A DNA stretch of 64,000 nucleotides, from positions 41,608,401 to 41,672,400 of the forward strand of contig CM120641.1 in the NCBI GenBank assembly GCA_051362555.1, read 5' to 3'. Below are positions 1 through 12,414 of the stretch, piece by piece (positions within the stretch are counted from its first letter, which is position 1; every line of letters starts with the position of its first letter). A model generated the notes under the pieces. The model was not told the origin of the DNA. It ran no database searches and saw only the letters and a list, made by a program, of their open reading frames with translations. This DNA comes from Lingula anatina (taxonomy: Eukaryota > Animalia > Brachiopoda). A program made the translations under genes and the position numbers.

Positions 1-1240
1 TGTGAACTTTCGCGAGGAGTTGTTGGAGCGGCAAATAAAATGGAAACCCTGATAGATATTTAGTGGTAAGTTAAAGGCACGTTAAGCAAACTATAAAGCA
101 TTTTCTGTATGTTTGCACATGTAACAGTGTACATGTTTCGTGTAGCATTGCACACGTAATAGATATTGCCTTGAAGCAAAACAATGTTATATACTTTAAA
201 AAAGGTATCGCAATTGCGGTTAATTTTGTAAAACTGATGTGGGGCTCTAGGCGTCTGAGTCTGTCAGATAACATGGTAGGACATACACAGATATAAATGC
301 GGGGGAGTGCATCTGATATCTGCAATTGATGTCAGACATTGGACTTGGGTGCTGGGCTCTTTATCTATATCATTGAAAGTCCAGCTTGTATATTGACAGC
401 AATGGACAGCATTTTATTATGTTTATCTCTACATGTAAAAATTAAACCCACCAGGTGGCAACTTTTCTTTTGCCTCAAACTTATTGTGTTTGAGATAATC
501 ACGGATACGTTTCGGTTTCAATCTGACGCCTTCAGTCACACAAACTACAGGTAGTTTGTTTGTGACAAAAGACAGTTCGCGGTCTAATACATGTACATCT
601 TAAGATCTATAAAATATAAAAACATGTATCAGTAACATGAATATCTGCTTGAATCGTCTCTCTGGTTTGATACAACATCAACAGCAATATAACAATTATA
701 TAGTTTCTGCGTACAGTGGCTCCACCTTTTTCTACTTAAAGTTACATGCAAGTACTTTATATTCAAAACCCAGGAAACAAGTAGTTCGAATTACGCTCTT
801 TGTTAAAGCTTATATAAGATCGATACACTGCATTTAATTTAGCAGGTAAAACATGTATAGACTGTTTCCTTTGTGAACTTGGCGTGAAACATCATGCATT
901 GCAAAGCACGTGCACTAGCAATAGCTGAAAATTTTTTTTTTAATTATAGTGGTTGTATTTTAAGGGTTTTTTTTTATTTTAGATTAAAGTAAGGTCATTA
1001 TCCACCCGATGTACCAGTAGTGTGTACATGTATACTAAGAAAAACATTCAAGACAGCTCATAATAATAATTAAGGGGAGGGGGCGTGGGAAAGAAAATCT
1101 CCGGCTTGTTTGTTCCAGTTTTGAAGATTGTCTGCGTTATCGGAGAAAATGCCATTAACAATACGGTCATGAAGAATATGCATTTGTGGATATATGGATG
1201 TGTTTGGGATTTCTTCTTACAATTGTTGCCATATTGTTGT

Positions 1241-1293
1241 ACACACACACACACACGCACACACACACATACGCACACACACACACACACACT
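1241..1293. repeat. (AC)n microsatellite
   Basis: Read directly from the sequence. Confidence 0.9.
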
Positions 1294-2271
1294 TCTCCAG
1301 GCAGTCGTATCGCTTACATGTACCTCGAAGAATGCAACAAGATTGCACTTGTAGTCTGAAAAGATCATCCAAGTCAATAAATATACAAATGTGGTTTCCA
1401 CAGCAAATGCAATTTACAAAGGAAACAATAACCCGTGAATGTCGTGTTTTCGAAACAATGTCTCAGGGAATTTCTTGTGTTGGGGAATTTTCGCCATATT
1501 GTGTATAAACGTTTGTACAGTAGTTAATTACCAATTGGTCAGTTTAAAAACCATGCCCATGCTAACTACTGGCACCAGAAACAGACAGGATGCCAGGAAG
1601 TATTTAGTGAATAGTTGGTGCAAAATTGTATGGTGGTATTCACAGGCATGTGTCCATTTAGTACTATTAACAAGTCAAACGAGTTCTTGGGCGCATAACG
1701 TGTTCTATATGAATTAGTATGATTTTGTTTCAGAGAGGAACTTACGAAATGGCGTCCCTTGGTAACACGTGTCACGTGAAAAAAAATCGATAGTCATCGG
1801 AATGAACTACTAATATTATTATCTTAACAGAAAACTGAGTTATATTACACTTACTGATACGTTATTGAATTGGTTTTATGGTTTAGATGTTCTCGTTTTT
1901 TTATTGAGACCTCTGTGTGTATTGACTTACATGTAACATGATATTGGTTCCGACAGGCATTATAACTTTCTTGATTAATTGTGATTATTCCCAAACTAGA
2001 ATTATTAGTTTATCTAGTGTGCCTTAATTTGAAAATTCTGATCCTAATTTTTTGCCCGGCCATTTATATGTCAACCCTATTGGTTGAGCAGCAAAGAACA
2101 GTACTTTTGCCACGTACATTGTATAGTCTATAGTCTATATTTTCACCTGAAATTTGATAACTTTTAAAAGTATTCTTCCGTTCTTTAATTCTGATAGATG
2201 CATCCCGGTGAATAAGTAACATTTAATTCTAAAAAAACATGCGGTAGAAAATGGCGCTTTGTCCAGTGGCT

Positions 2272-2274
<3 letters not shown>

Positions 2275-2325
<51 letters not shown>
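2275..2325. repeat. (TC)n microsatellite
   Basis: Read directly from the sequence. Confidence 0.95.
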
Positions 2326-2327
<2 letters not shown>

Positions 2328-5300
2328 ATATACTATATGTTGCTCTAAGCGTCGGCCAAGCAGACAAAATATTTCTGTACACCTTCTGATTCTTCAATAT
2401 TTTGTGACTTAACTATGCTGTATTCTTTTCACTAGGCTGCATTTTCTGTATTAAATACCGTTATAAGATCTTAAGACCAGCAGTCTATTCTCAAAATAAA
2501 TGGTTCCTTTTCCGTATTTCTTTCGCCGCCGGGAATACTGTTCTTCAGAAGGATCACACATAGTACACACTTCAAGTGCTGGCTCAGGTGGTTGAGTTCT
2601 TTCTTGCTGCAGTTCTAAAAGGCTTTTAAAGAAAATGGAGCAACTAAACACTAGTCTTCCTTTATAACCATGACCCGCCAGGGGCACGATTCGCTAGCAA
2701 ATGCATTGCCAGATTTTGGGCTTTGATTTCGCTCTTAGGGATAGACACTGTATAATGTACATAACGCGTTGGGCTGGCACGATAAATATATAGCATCCTC
2801 TTAATTTCAAGCGTATTTCTCGAAATATTGATATTTAATTCAGTTGAAATGGCTAATTACATCGTGAAAACTGGCGAGAAAATCTCTTATTGTTATGTGT
2901 ATTTCCTATTTGATGTCTGCTCTGTGCTTTCTCTCCGTTTTTACAAGCGATGTCACTTGAAGATATTAATCTCATTCCCTTTGTAGCTCTCACAATGTGT
3001 CGAAATGAGAATGAATAAGATTTTATCACATCTTGTTATCTGCAATTTAATTTCGTTTTTCTTCATTACCGGAATCACCAAATTACAATAAAAAGTGTCC
3101 AGCAGGGAACCGACAGGGAGCCCATTGAAAGCAGCACTTCACGCACTATAAGACAAAAAGTACATTCAAGATTAAACTTGAGTTTGCTGTGTGGTAAATC
3201 CTGTCATTGTTATCCCACTTTCAAAACAATGCACATATTTTCTATGAACAATATCCAGTTGACTAGGAAGCTATTGCTTGCAAACAAGATAAGACGGATA
3301 TTAAGAGTCTAATCTTGTTCTATAAATACCCAGTAAACACACGCTAGCTTCTGGTTTAGGTTTGTTACGAATCACGCAGCGCTTACATAAAGATGGAGTT
3401 ACAAGCTTACACGACGGTGAAATTAAAAAAGAAAGTAATTTGGGTCCCTACATAACCTTTCTACGGCCTTGGAATCGTAGTTAATCCCACTAATAGCAAA
3501 GGACGTGTATTTCAACAAATGTTTATCGTATGAGACATGTTGTCACGAAACACTTAAATTTATTGCAATCTAGGGCGCATTTATGGTCGTGCAGGCATCA
3601 GAGAGCTTGCTATGGGCGTGCACAAGGGCAATAGAACGCCTTGTATCTCGAGGTACAGTTGTTCCCTCAGTCCCCCTGGGGAATTGGGAGACGATACAGC
3701 CTCACAAGTGATAACATAGTTGTTTTATGGAGTACATGGGTTTTGGAGTGCTGTATAACGTCTTTTAAACAGAAACAGATTTATGCCATTCAACAAAGCT
3801 CTCATTCCTTACCAGTTGAACCGAAATGACCAGCACACGGTCTTTTAAATCAATGCTGTGATAGCTTTAGTGCCACAGAAATGGGTTTGTTTCTTTGGGA
3901 CATGTCACAATAGGCTTGTTTGTTTAATCTTTGCATATATTCTTTACAAATAACTATCGGCCTTTGGATTACCAGTTAATACTATCATTGGCAAATTACA
4001 AGAATAATTGAAACCTATGGACATAGATTGCCTGGTAACCACAAAACTAGGCACGCAATAATAAGCGGATAACCAAAGCATTATTTTGTAAGGATTACGG
4101 CTTATTGAAACATTTGTCCTTTCAAAAGACGGATCAGATACCATATTTCGAGATTTGATTTCAAAAGGTCAGTATATTCTGGCGCAAAGAGCATTGCTAA
4201 TTGCATATGCCGTGCCATGTGCTGTGTGCATTACCTTTATGGTGTATGTAACGTAATTAGAGCAAAACGGATTAGGATGGTGCAGCTATCAAATTGGAAA
4301 GAGAATAACCCTTATTGAACATGCTTTCATAGTACTGATGAATAAATCCGATACCTTTTAGTTGACAGCATACAAAAGAGGGATATGCGTGTCACAAAAA
4401 CACATTTGCAATGAGGTATGCCCCTTGGATGTTTTTCGAAAATGGCGGCGCTGTAAACTCTGCTATATCTGTATGAAGTATTAAAAGTGTCTCTCCATGA
4501 ACAATAGTCATTACATAGTAAAATGATAAAAGTCATAAAAGATGTGCAGTTCATTAACAAATCCTTAGATGACTCACTAACATGTACTGAGCATTACATT
4601 CATTCGAAACGTATAAGTATATATGTATTCTTGCAAACACAACAAACTTTATTTTACACAAATATTTTATGTTAGAAATTTACTGGGTTAATGTATATGT
4701 AGATGTATTTCATATAATTTTGTCTAGTCCATTTAAATCAAAATCAGCCAATGAACTTTTCTATTTTAATTTTGGTATACAAATGCCCTCGTTCGTGCCA
4801 AGTGTTTTTCAGCTGTTTTTGCAAATCCAAAGGAAGTTGGTTAAATCAAACATAATTGTGTTATTTCACAACGCTTTCCAAATAGCTAAGACTGGATATC
4901 CAAGCACCAATCACATGTATAAACATGTGTTCGTTCAATTTGTCTAAAGGAAGATAATGAGAATATTTTTCCGTCTTGAAAAACTATTATGCATGTATAT
5001 AACGACGCACCTTAATTTTTAACACACCGTTATTTTGTTTCATTTCGTTTCAATAATAATAATAATAATTAATAATGTAAAATATACTTGGAAAGGTAGA
5101 AGTAGACTGGCAGTTAACAATATTAATTGTGGAAACTAAATAAGATGTAGTGTAAATAGGGAGAATGGGTACATTGGTACATATCCCTCGATGTAATCTC
5201 TAGTGGTTACATGTAAGGGGGGTTTATAGCCATGTTATACATGTATATCCCGAAGAATTAGTGACATTTTCCTAAGAACTTCAACGAAACATTGCGCGAA

Positions 5301-7393
5301 TAAGGACACTATTTTAAAAAACTTCTACAATACACCGGGGTATTCTGTTCTCAGTTTTCATTTTTGAGGTAACTAGAAAAATCAATTGATCATTTATCAC
5401 TATGCTATTTCGTCGTGACAGAAATCTCTCCCGGGACTTTTGGAAAAGTTAGTAGATCGTCTAATTTGACCTACTGCTGTTGTTGCCTAGAGGGCTAATC
5501 GCTTGGATATCTGTGGGAAATCTCATGAACTCGTGAAGCTCATATTTACTCCAGACCATTATCCATTCATGTATGACCAAGTGGTAATTGTGCATTAATT
5601 GAAGTCTGCTGCAGCCGAATTCTTTTTTATCTACGCTTATTGTCCTCCTCAAGGTGAAATTGAAATTCAGTGGTGGGTGTAAGTTAATAGACTTTAGAAA
5701 TATCCTGCGATTAATTGAGTATTTGACTAAATTAGTCTATAAGTGGGAGTAGTACGGGAGTGGGGGTCCACACGTATACAGTATGGCGTTACATATCTAA
5801 ATTAACGACGTTAACCTACAAGATATAGTTGATGGTCAGAATCAACCCTAAATTACCGTCTACATGTACATGTATACGTTTACTGTTTTCCATGTACCTA
5901 CGCGGACGCAGATATGTTTTATTTATTGATCTAATTAGTTTTGTGGACCACAAAATTACCGAATAAAAAGTGCAATCAAACAAATGGGTATTCACCTACC
6001 GGTATATCACTTTTAACTTTCAATATTCAATAAAGAAACCGTCGAATTGTTAGGTGTGCCCAGATCAAATGGTACGATACACGTACATCACAGAAAAGCA
6101 CTCTCATGCCTATGTGGTTTTTCTGGTACTTACATTATCTCTCACATTATAGCCATCAGACCGTGGGGTTATTCAATCAAGTCCCAATCGAAGAAGAAAA
6201 GGAATGGATGCGGGACAGAATCTCACCGTTGACAGTACTCACGATTCCAATTACATTACAAAACAATATTAGACAATCCTCCGTAGTTAACAGTATACTT
6301 AGAAGTCCATCACAAAACCCGGCGGCACAGTTTAACCAATTCTAAATAGGCCATTAAGACGCAATTACATCCGACAATCGAATGTATCATGAGAAGTGGT
6401 AAAGGAAACCAAATTACTCAGTACATTACGGTAGATTAAATTGCGTTGTAGAAAAAAATAGTGAGAGAGAATAAGTCTACCTGTCATGCGACATGAGGCA
6501 CCGAAAGCCTGTCTCCAAACTGAAAATCCTATGGACAAGGGAGTGGATATTCGTGTTATAAAATGAAAACACAAATGAAATGAAGTACGGGTAAAAATTC
6601 AAATGGAAATGCCTTATAAAATGCATTATGCATTTAATTGGAATATATTAAGCTTCCAGGTTAATGCATACATATTGATATATTGTAAAGGCATGGCTGT
6701 GAATAATTGATGTTTTGTCACAGTAAGGCCAATTTTAATACCTCTAGCGCGTCCCATGTACATTGTTAACCAGAGAAACAGATGGTGATACATCTTGTCA
6801 TGTCACCAACTGTCGGATAATGCTGTGTGAAATATTGTCAACATGAATCATGTGTTAAAATGGATTGGAAATCTTGTTGAAAAAAAAAACGTTAGGTAGC
6901 AATCTGTAATCTGTGCAGTACAACTACCGTGGTACTTACCACAGTGTATGTTGAATAATTGTTTCAAAACGCGTGCGTCCTAGATTGGTCTCTCTCTCTC
7001 TCTCTCTCTCTGTGTGTATTCGAGTGTATGTGTGGGCTTGTGTTTACGTGGAAGTTGGGTTGGAGAGCAGAACGTATATTTTATATGTGCGAATATGTAC
7101 GTGTATGTATGTATGTGCGTGTGAGCAGTTGTGCTAGTAATCAAGTGTGCATGTGCACGTTTTATCTGTGCATGTTTCTAAACATTTGTACATGTACGTG
7201 TCACTGGAGACACACGTAATATTGTGTCAGTTTGAATTTACAAGCTATGGCGATGTTCAGAACAGAAGGTTCGCTTCTACAGGTTCAAATCCCATCATAT
7301 TTGTTTCCTCACAAATGGATCCTGGTTTATTTATGTGCGTGCGACGGGCCTTGTAATTACTGCTTCCCGCTTGCGGCACACAAATACTCCTTG

Positions 7394-7565
7394 TCATTGG
7401 CTGCGAACAGAAACAATGCTGACGAGGTGGGCGGAGACTCCATGTGTAAAGTTGACACTCTTAGAAACCATTGTTGGAATCGGCATACAGTGAATCGGCT
7501 AGAAAAACATCTGTTCACATCATTTTAGTACCAGCTCACATCGTCACTCTGTCTAGAAAATCAGT
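7394..7565 (+). promoter_or_regulatory. Putative core/proximal promoter of exon A
   Basis: Reverse CCAAT box TCATTGGCT (AGCCAATGA, NF-Y consensus) at 7394-7402, GC box GGGCGG at 7429-7434, and initiator-like TCAGT at 7561-7565, all 300-500 bp upstream of the ATG. Motif matches only. Confidence 0.4.
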
Positions 7566-7878
7566 GCACTGGAGCGGGTTTCTCTATTAAGACGTAGTGC
7601 TGGCTAGCTACAGTAGATCAATTGAATCCCATTGGTGTTGAATAGAGAATTCCAGGATCAACGGTAACAGCAACAATTATCACTCGAGACAATTATCATC
7701 AGAGAGGTAATTGTTGACACAATGATCGATTGCACATGAAATTCGATCTATAATGAGTAAGTTCCGTATCGGCGTTATTAGACAAAATCGTAGCACATGC
7801 GTTTGCGTGGCGTTATATAACCGTGAAACACAAGCCCGGTACCACCAAACATATTAGGCCTTCTGGACATCAGGCAAA

Positions 7879-8590
7879 ATGCAGGCAAGTCTGTGCTTCG
7901 CACTTCTGAGTGTTTTATTAACAAATTGTCACATGGCGGTCGAGTGTAATTACACGGCGTCCGAGCAGAATCCATCCGGAATGAAAATCTATCTTACTTC
8001 TATTTTGCCGAGGTCCAAGTACCGGTTTTCTATTCCCAAAGTGTCTTCTGCCGCCAAAATTGCCGTGGAAAACAGCGCCAAATACCTTCCGGAGAACTAC
8101 ACCCTTGTTGTCCAGTATACCGATTCCAAATGCGACATCGCCGAGGGCATTGCTCAGGCCATTCACTACCACTTAATAATAAAACAAGTGCACGCGTTTT
8201 TGGGCCCGATATGCGATTATTCCCTGGCCCCCGTTGCGCGCCAAGCCAAATACTGGACTATGCCTATAATCACAGCAGGAGGGAGTTCCAATGAGTTCCG
8301 GGTCCTTCGCAGTAACATGTACCCGACTCTGACACGGATAGGATTTACGTGTCAATCGCTGAGTCTGTTCATGATTACCGTTCTTAAGCAGCATTCTTGG
8401 AAAAAGATGTTCCTTATGTACAGCAAACAAGGCCAGGACTACGTATCTAAAGACCTGTGTAAATTTATCGCATCTGGAGTGAATGATTTGTTTAAGTCAT
8501 ACCCTGGCTCTAATTATGAAGATCTGGACAAAAAGGTTAATAGGGATCTTGGATATTTGTTTCGAGAACGAATAGGGACGACATTCACAG
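7879..8590 (+). CDS. First coding exon A of a natriuretic peptide receptor-like / receptor guanylyl cyclase: signal peptide plus N-terminal part of the ANF_receptor extracellular ligand-binding domain (237 codons + 1 nt, phase-1 donor)
   Basis: ATG at 7879 in AAAATG context with an in-frame upstream TAG at 7855. Hydrophobic leader MQASLCFALLSVLLTNCHMAVEC. NPR-type motifs ILPR, YTDSKCD, FLGPICDYSLAPVAR, W.MPIITAGG, YPTLTRIG, SWKK. Family similarity ends at ...RERIGTTFT, followed by the canonical donor CAG|GTAAGC at 8590/8591. The ORF tail to 8766 is intronic read-through. Confidence 0.9.
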
Positions 8591-11500
8591 GTAAGCTGGA
8601 GTTTAATTATAGGGGCCAATTTGGTACTGTGCTAAATGTGAAACAAATGAATAACGCCAGTGGCAAGTTGATGTTTTCCCTAGAAATATTTGACTTTCTC
8701 AAGAGAGCATATTTAGTCTCTTTTAATCATTCAGTGAATGTTTTATGTTTTGGAATTAAAATATAAAAAATAATTGAAAAAAAAAATACCCTGCATGCGC
8801 CATCCTTTGGAGGCACGACCACCATTAGAGCGTTTTTATATAAGTTTCCATTACTATTAATTCTACTCCCCCCACCTTTGCGATAGCCTTAACTCAATTT
8901 CATTTCCTGGAGTTATTCTATAAAGGCAAGACACTATCTCCTAGTGCCCTTTCAATAGAGCATATGACCTGGTTGTTATCTATTGCAAAAAAATATTGCA
9001 CGCCTTGACTACAGCGTGTGTAAAATGTCATTAGTGAGGTCAGGTGGCAAATTCCAACTGGTATCTGATTTGGCATTTCCTGTACCGCAAGAATACCTTT
9101 TCAAATTACATCGGTACATTAATTTATAGTACATACATGATATAAAGCTTGTCCTGTCATCCCAAGTCTACAAAATGTTGGTCTCTGATGGTCTTTTTAT
9201 ATACAGGCCAGGTACGTATCTTGAGAGAGAGAAATGCATGGTCATTTTCCGAATCATGCTTCCCCTGAACCCTTGCTTTTGCACATGTGCATATTGTTCA
9301 GAATATCACAAGTACTGAAATCTGCCAGTATGGTTCTTATGTTGGGAGCGCTTCTGAAACTCAGCAGTATCCCAATAGTATTTTTGTATTTCTATTGGTT
9401 TCTATTTCTTAAATGTGTATTTAAAAATGCCCGAATCGGATAAATTCCGTGTATGTACCGGTAAATTAAGGCGGTTCCAAAGTTCAGTATTTGATTAATT
9501 TTGTTTGATAAGTTCGTCTGTGCGAGCCTTTGGAGGCATGTTATCTTAAGCTGCTGACACAAAGTATCTATTGGCAACACCTTAAAGGACAGAACTGAAG
9601 GAAGTGGATGTCACTTCATGCTGAGGTTTTGATTGAAACACCATCGTTCCTTTTTTGTAGCTGATTAACAACTCCGTACACCTGATAACCAGTTGAATTC
9701 TTTCGTTAGTTTTTGCAATTGGTTATAGGGTGGATCTTTTTTTACACAAGAAAATTGTTTAGTCCAGTCCAAGTTAATGGATTTGTGTCCTGTCAACCAG
9801 TCGCTGCATTACTGCGCCTCGACGTCCAATTACCCTTCATTCTTCTCCCCTTCATTCTCCTGGGGCTGCGTATGAATTGCACGTATGGCTTGTGTGACAA
9901 ACGTTACAATGAGGCCATTTAGCGCCTTACGGTTCGCTTCGGCCCTTTAACTGTATTTAGTAGGTTTTATCATTTACGTGTGCGTATCTGCTTAACGGAT
10001 ACCAGCAATGGACAGAAGCAGTTCGCAGCGCAATAATACAGTAGTCTTTTAATGACTAACACAAACGATGATCGATGGTGGTGATGTTTATGTTGATGAC
10101 GATGCTGATAATGATGTCGATGATGCTGTTTATTGACTGCATGTAGCTTTAAAAAGCCCTCTTTACTCAGAAACGCCATGTCCATGGTACCGTTCGGAGT
10201 TAAACGGATTCGGTTGTTACTAACTGTGACTTGTCCTTCAAACATGTGAAGTATGTTAAAATAGATCGCATTCAGTAATACCCCCAACCTACAGACCGGA
10301 AGACGAACAGTTTCTATAATCCAGTACAATTTGATTTGCAATGACCACATATGTACCATACCCCCGTACAGAAAGTATTTTATTATTTTGCCATGTAGGC
10401 ACTCCATGACCAAGAATAACTTAAATATTGATTTTAACATAATGTTACATATAATCACAACGTACATGTACGTTGGATTCCACAGCTAAACCGCATACAT
10501 TCAATCTCCAGGGAAGACATGGAGGGCATAATAGCTTTTTAATCACCACAATCAACCTCAAACTGTATTTGAAAAATAAAAATTATTACCCGACCGGTAC
10601 ACCGTACAAAAAGTAAATTGCCCTCTCCAATATTACCCTCTTTTATAGAAACGTCTTATTTTTACCAGCTTTACACACGGGAAAAACATTTCTCAATATA
10701 TACACCATATGCTGTATATAACTTTCGAATCGATTTATTCGTTTATCCTTTGGAACAAGGACCAACTATTGCCATTAATACGTTAAACCGTTATTTACAT
10801 CAGTGGCTTTGCGTGATAAAACCGTCAAAAATCGCTAGGGAGGCTCCATGTTTATGTTAGCTGTCGTCTGTGTGAAATATGAAATAGGAGAAAACGTTTC
10901 TCCCATTTCATAGTCGCATTAAACATCACGCTTTTCAGTAACAGATTGATGTGTTTTTTTTTCACCTACTCATACAAATATATGACAAATGACTGAAAAC
11001 GGAGTGCTCTTCCACAATCATAAGCAGCTGCATGGATGTCTCATATATTCAATTAAGTCGCCGAAGGAAAGAGTGCACTCAAGGCTCAATTTTAGACTTC
11101 AAAACTGTCAGAAACGGATGAAAACTTCGTCTGGAGAATGACGTAGCCCTTAGCTAATCTATTTCTAATTTCATATTGTTTTGAGTGCGAAATGATGTTG
11201 GAAATAACGAGTTACTCTAAAATTGCATCATTGGCCTCTTAGGACAATTATAGTCTTCCCATACGTGGCAGTTATTATGAATTATATTCGAGATACACAT
11301 GTTGTATAATAGAAATGTGTGAACGATGTTAATTAATTAATTACCAGCTGAAGAATAGCCATTCAACGCCACGTTAGTTATTTTAAGTGATCAAAAGAGA
11401 AAACATTTAAATTAAAAGGTGTTTAATAAGCGCTGTTAATTACGTCATGTTTTCAGCATTCTTGGTACAGAACAGCACGGTATCCTGCAGTTTCCATGGT

Positions 11501-11681
11501 AACCACTTTGATTTTTCATTAAAGGCCTGGTTGAAAACGAATTAATATTAAATGCGTGCAACTGAATGGTTTGTGTTTGTCCCGGTGCATATTTTACCGA
11601 TGAAGCTTTTGGTGCATACAATTAAATTAATATTACGCCGCTCAGACTAAACTGATGCATACAGGTTTAAAAAAAGAGCCA

Positions 11682-12414
11682 AGGCCGCATTCATAACCTG
11701 TTAATCCGCGGACGAACCGATCTGCGGATCAAATATAGCCGACTTACTTGAAAGTTTGTCGCAGAATCCCTTAATAGATGCTGTATAGATGCCTCTTGAG
11801 AAAGACGCGGCAAGTTTTCAAGTGGGTCGGCCATATTTGATCCGCGCATCTGTTATACCCCATTCACACTACAGTTGCAAAAATGCGCATTTCTATAATC
11901 CGAATTTTTCGTGAGGAATTCGATTCGGTATTGCGTTCACACACGCTAAGAGAAACCGAATTACACGTTGAAAATTTCAGGTTTAACTTCCTGTTTTGAA
12001 CACTCGCGCATGCGCCGCACAGGAAATGCAACTCTAAAGACATATTCCAGCATTCTTGAGAAGTATAAGATGGCAAAATAAGTTTGTTTCCTCATATTGT
12101 AGTGAGTGGTGACCTCCAAATACGTTTGGTGCAATCGCTAAAGTAATAAACAAGCGTTCATAGATACCCGCACTTATCTGCACACATGCGCAGTTAGATC
12201 TGTACAGGTGTCGATTCCGGTAAGTTATCCGGATCGCGCTTAGAAATCCACCTCGTTTGCAGGATTTTGAAAATGCGCATTACAAAAATCCTCTTGCGTT
12301 CACACTACTGCATTTATTCGAATTGTGACCTAATTCGCAATTTATCCGGATAACTGAGCGTAGTGTGAACGGGGTATTAGTCTCCAGATCACCTTATGGT
12401 TGTAAACGCGGCCT
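11682..12414. mobile_element. Non-autonomous DNA transposon (MITE, possibly PIF/Harbinger-like) interrupted by a nested MITE
   Basis: Imperfect TIRs AGGCCGCATTCATAACC and GGTTGTAAACGCGGCCT. Internal GGCCATATTTGATCCGCG resembles sequence at about 30060-30085. Confidence 0.6.
11856..12376. mobile_element. PIF/Harbinger-like MITE nested in the element above
   Basis: TIRs TACCCCATTCACACTAC and GTAGTGTGAACGGGGTA (1 mismatch), flanked by a TTA target-site duplication (11853-11855 and 12377-12379). Internal GCGTTCACAC subrepeats. Confidence 0.8.

Noticed and set aside
9970-10467. 165-aa minus-strand ORF with a His-rich tract
   Set aside because: The His tract comes from a degenerate (TGA)n repeat; no domain similarity or splice support.
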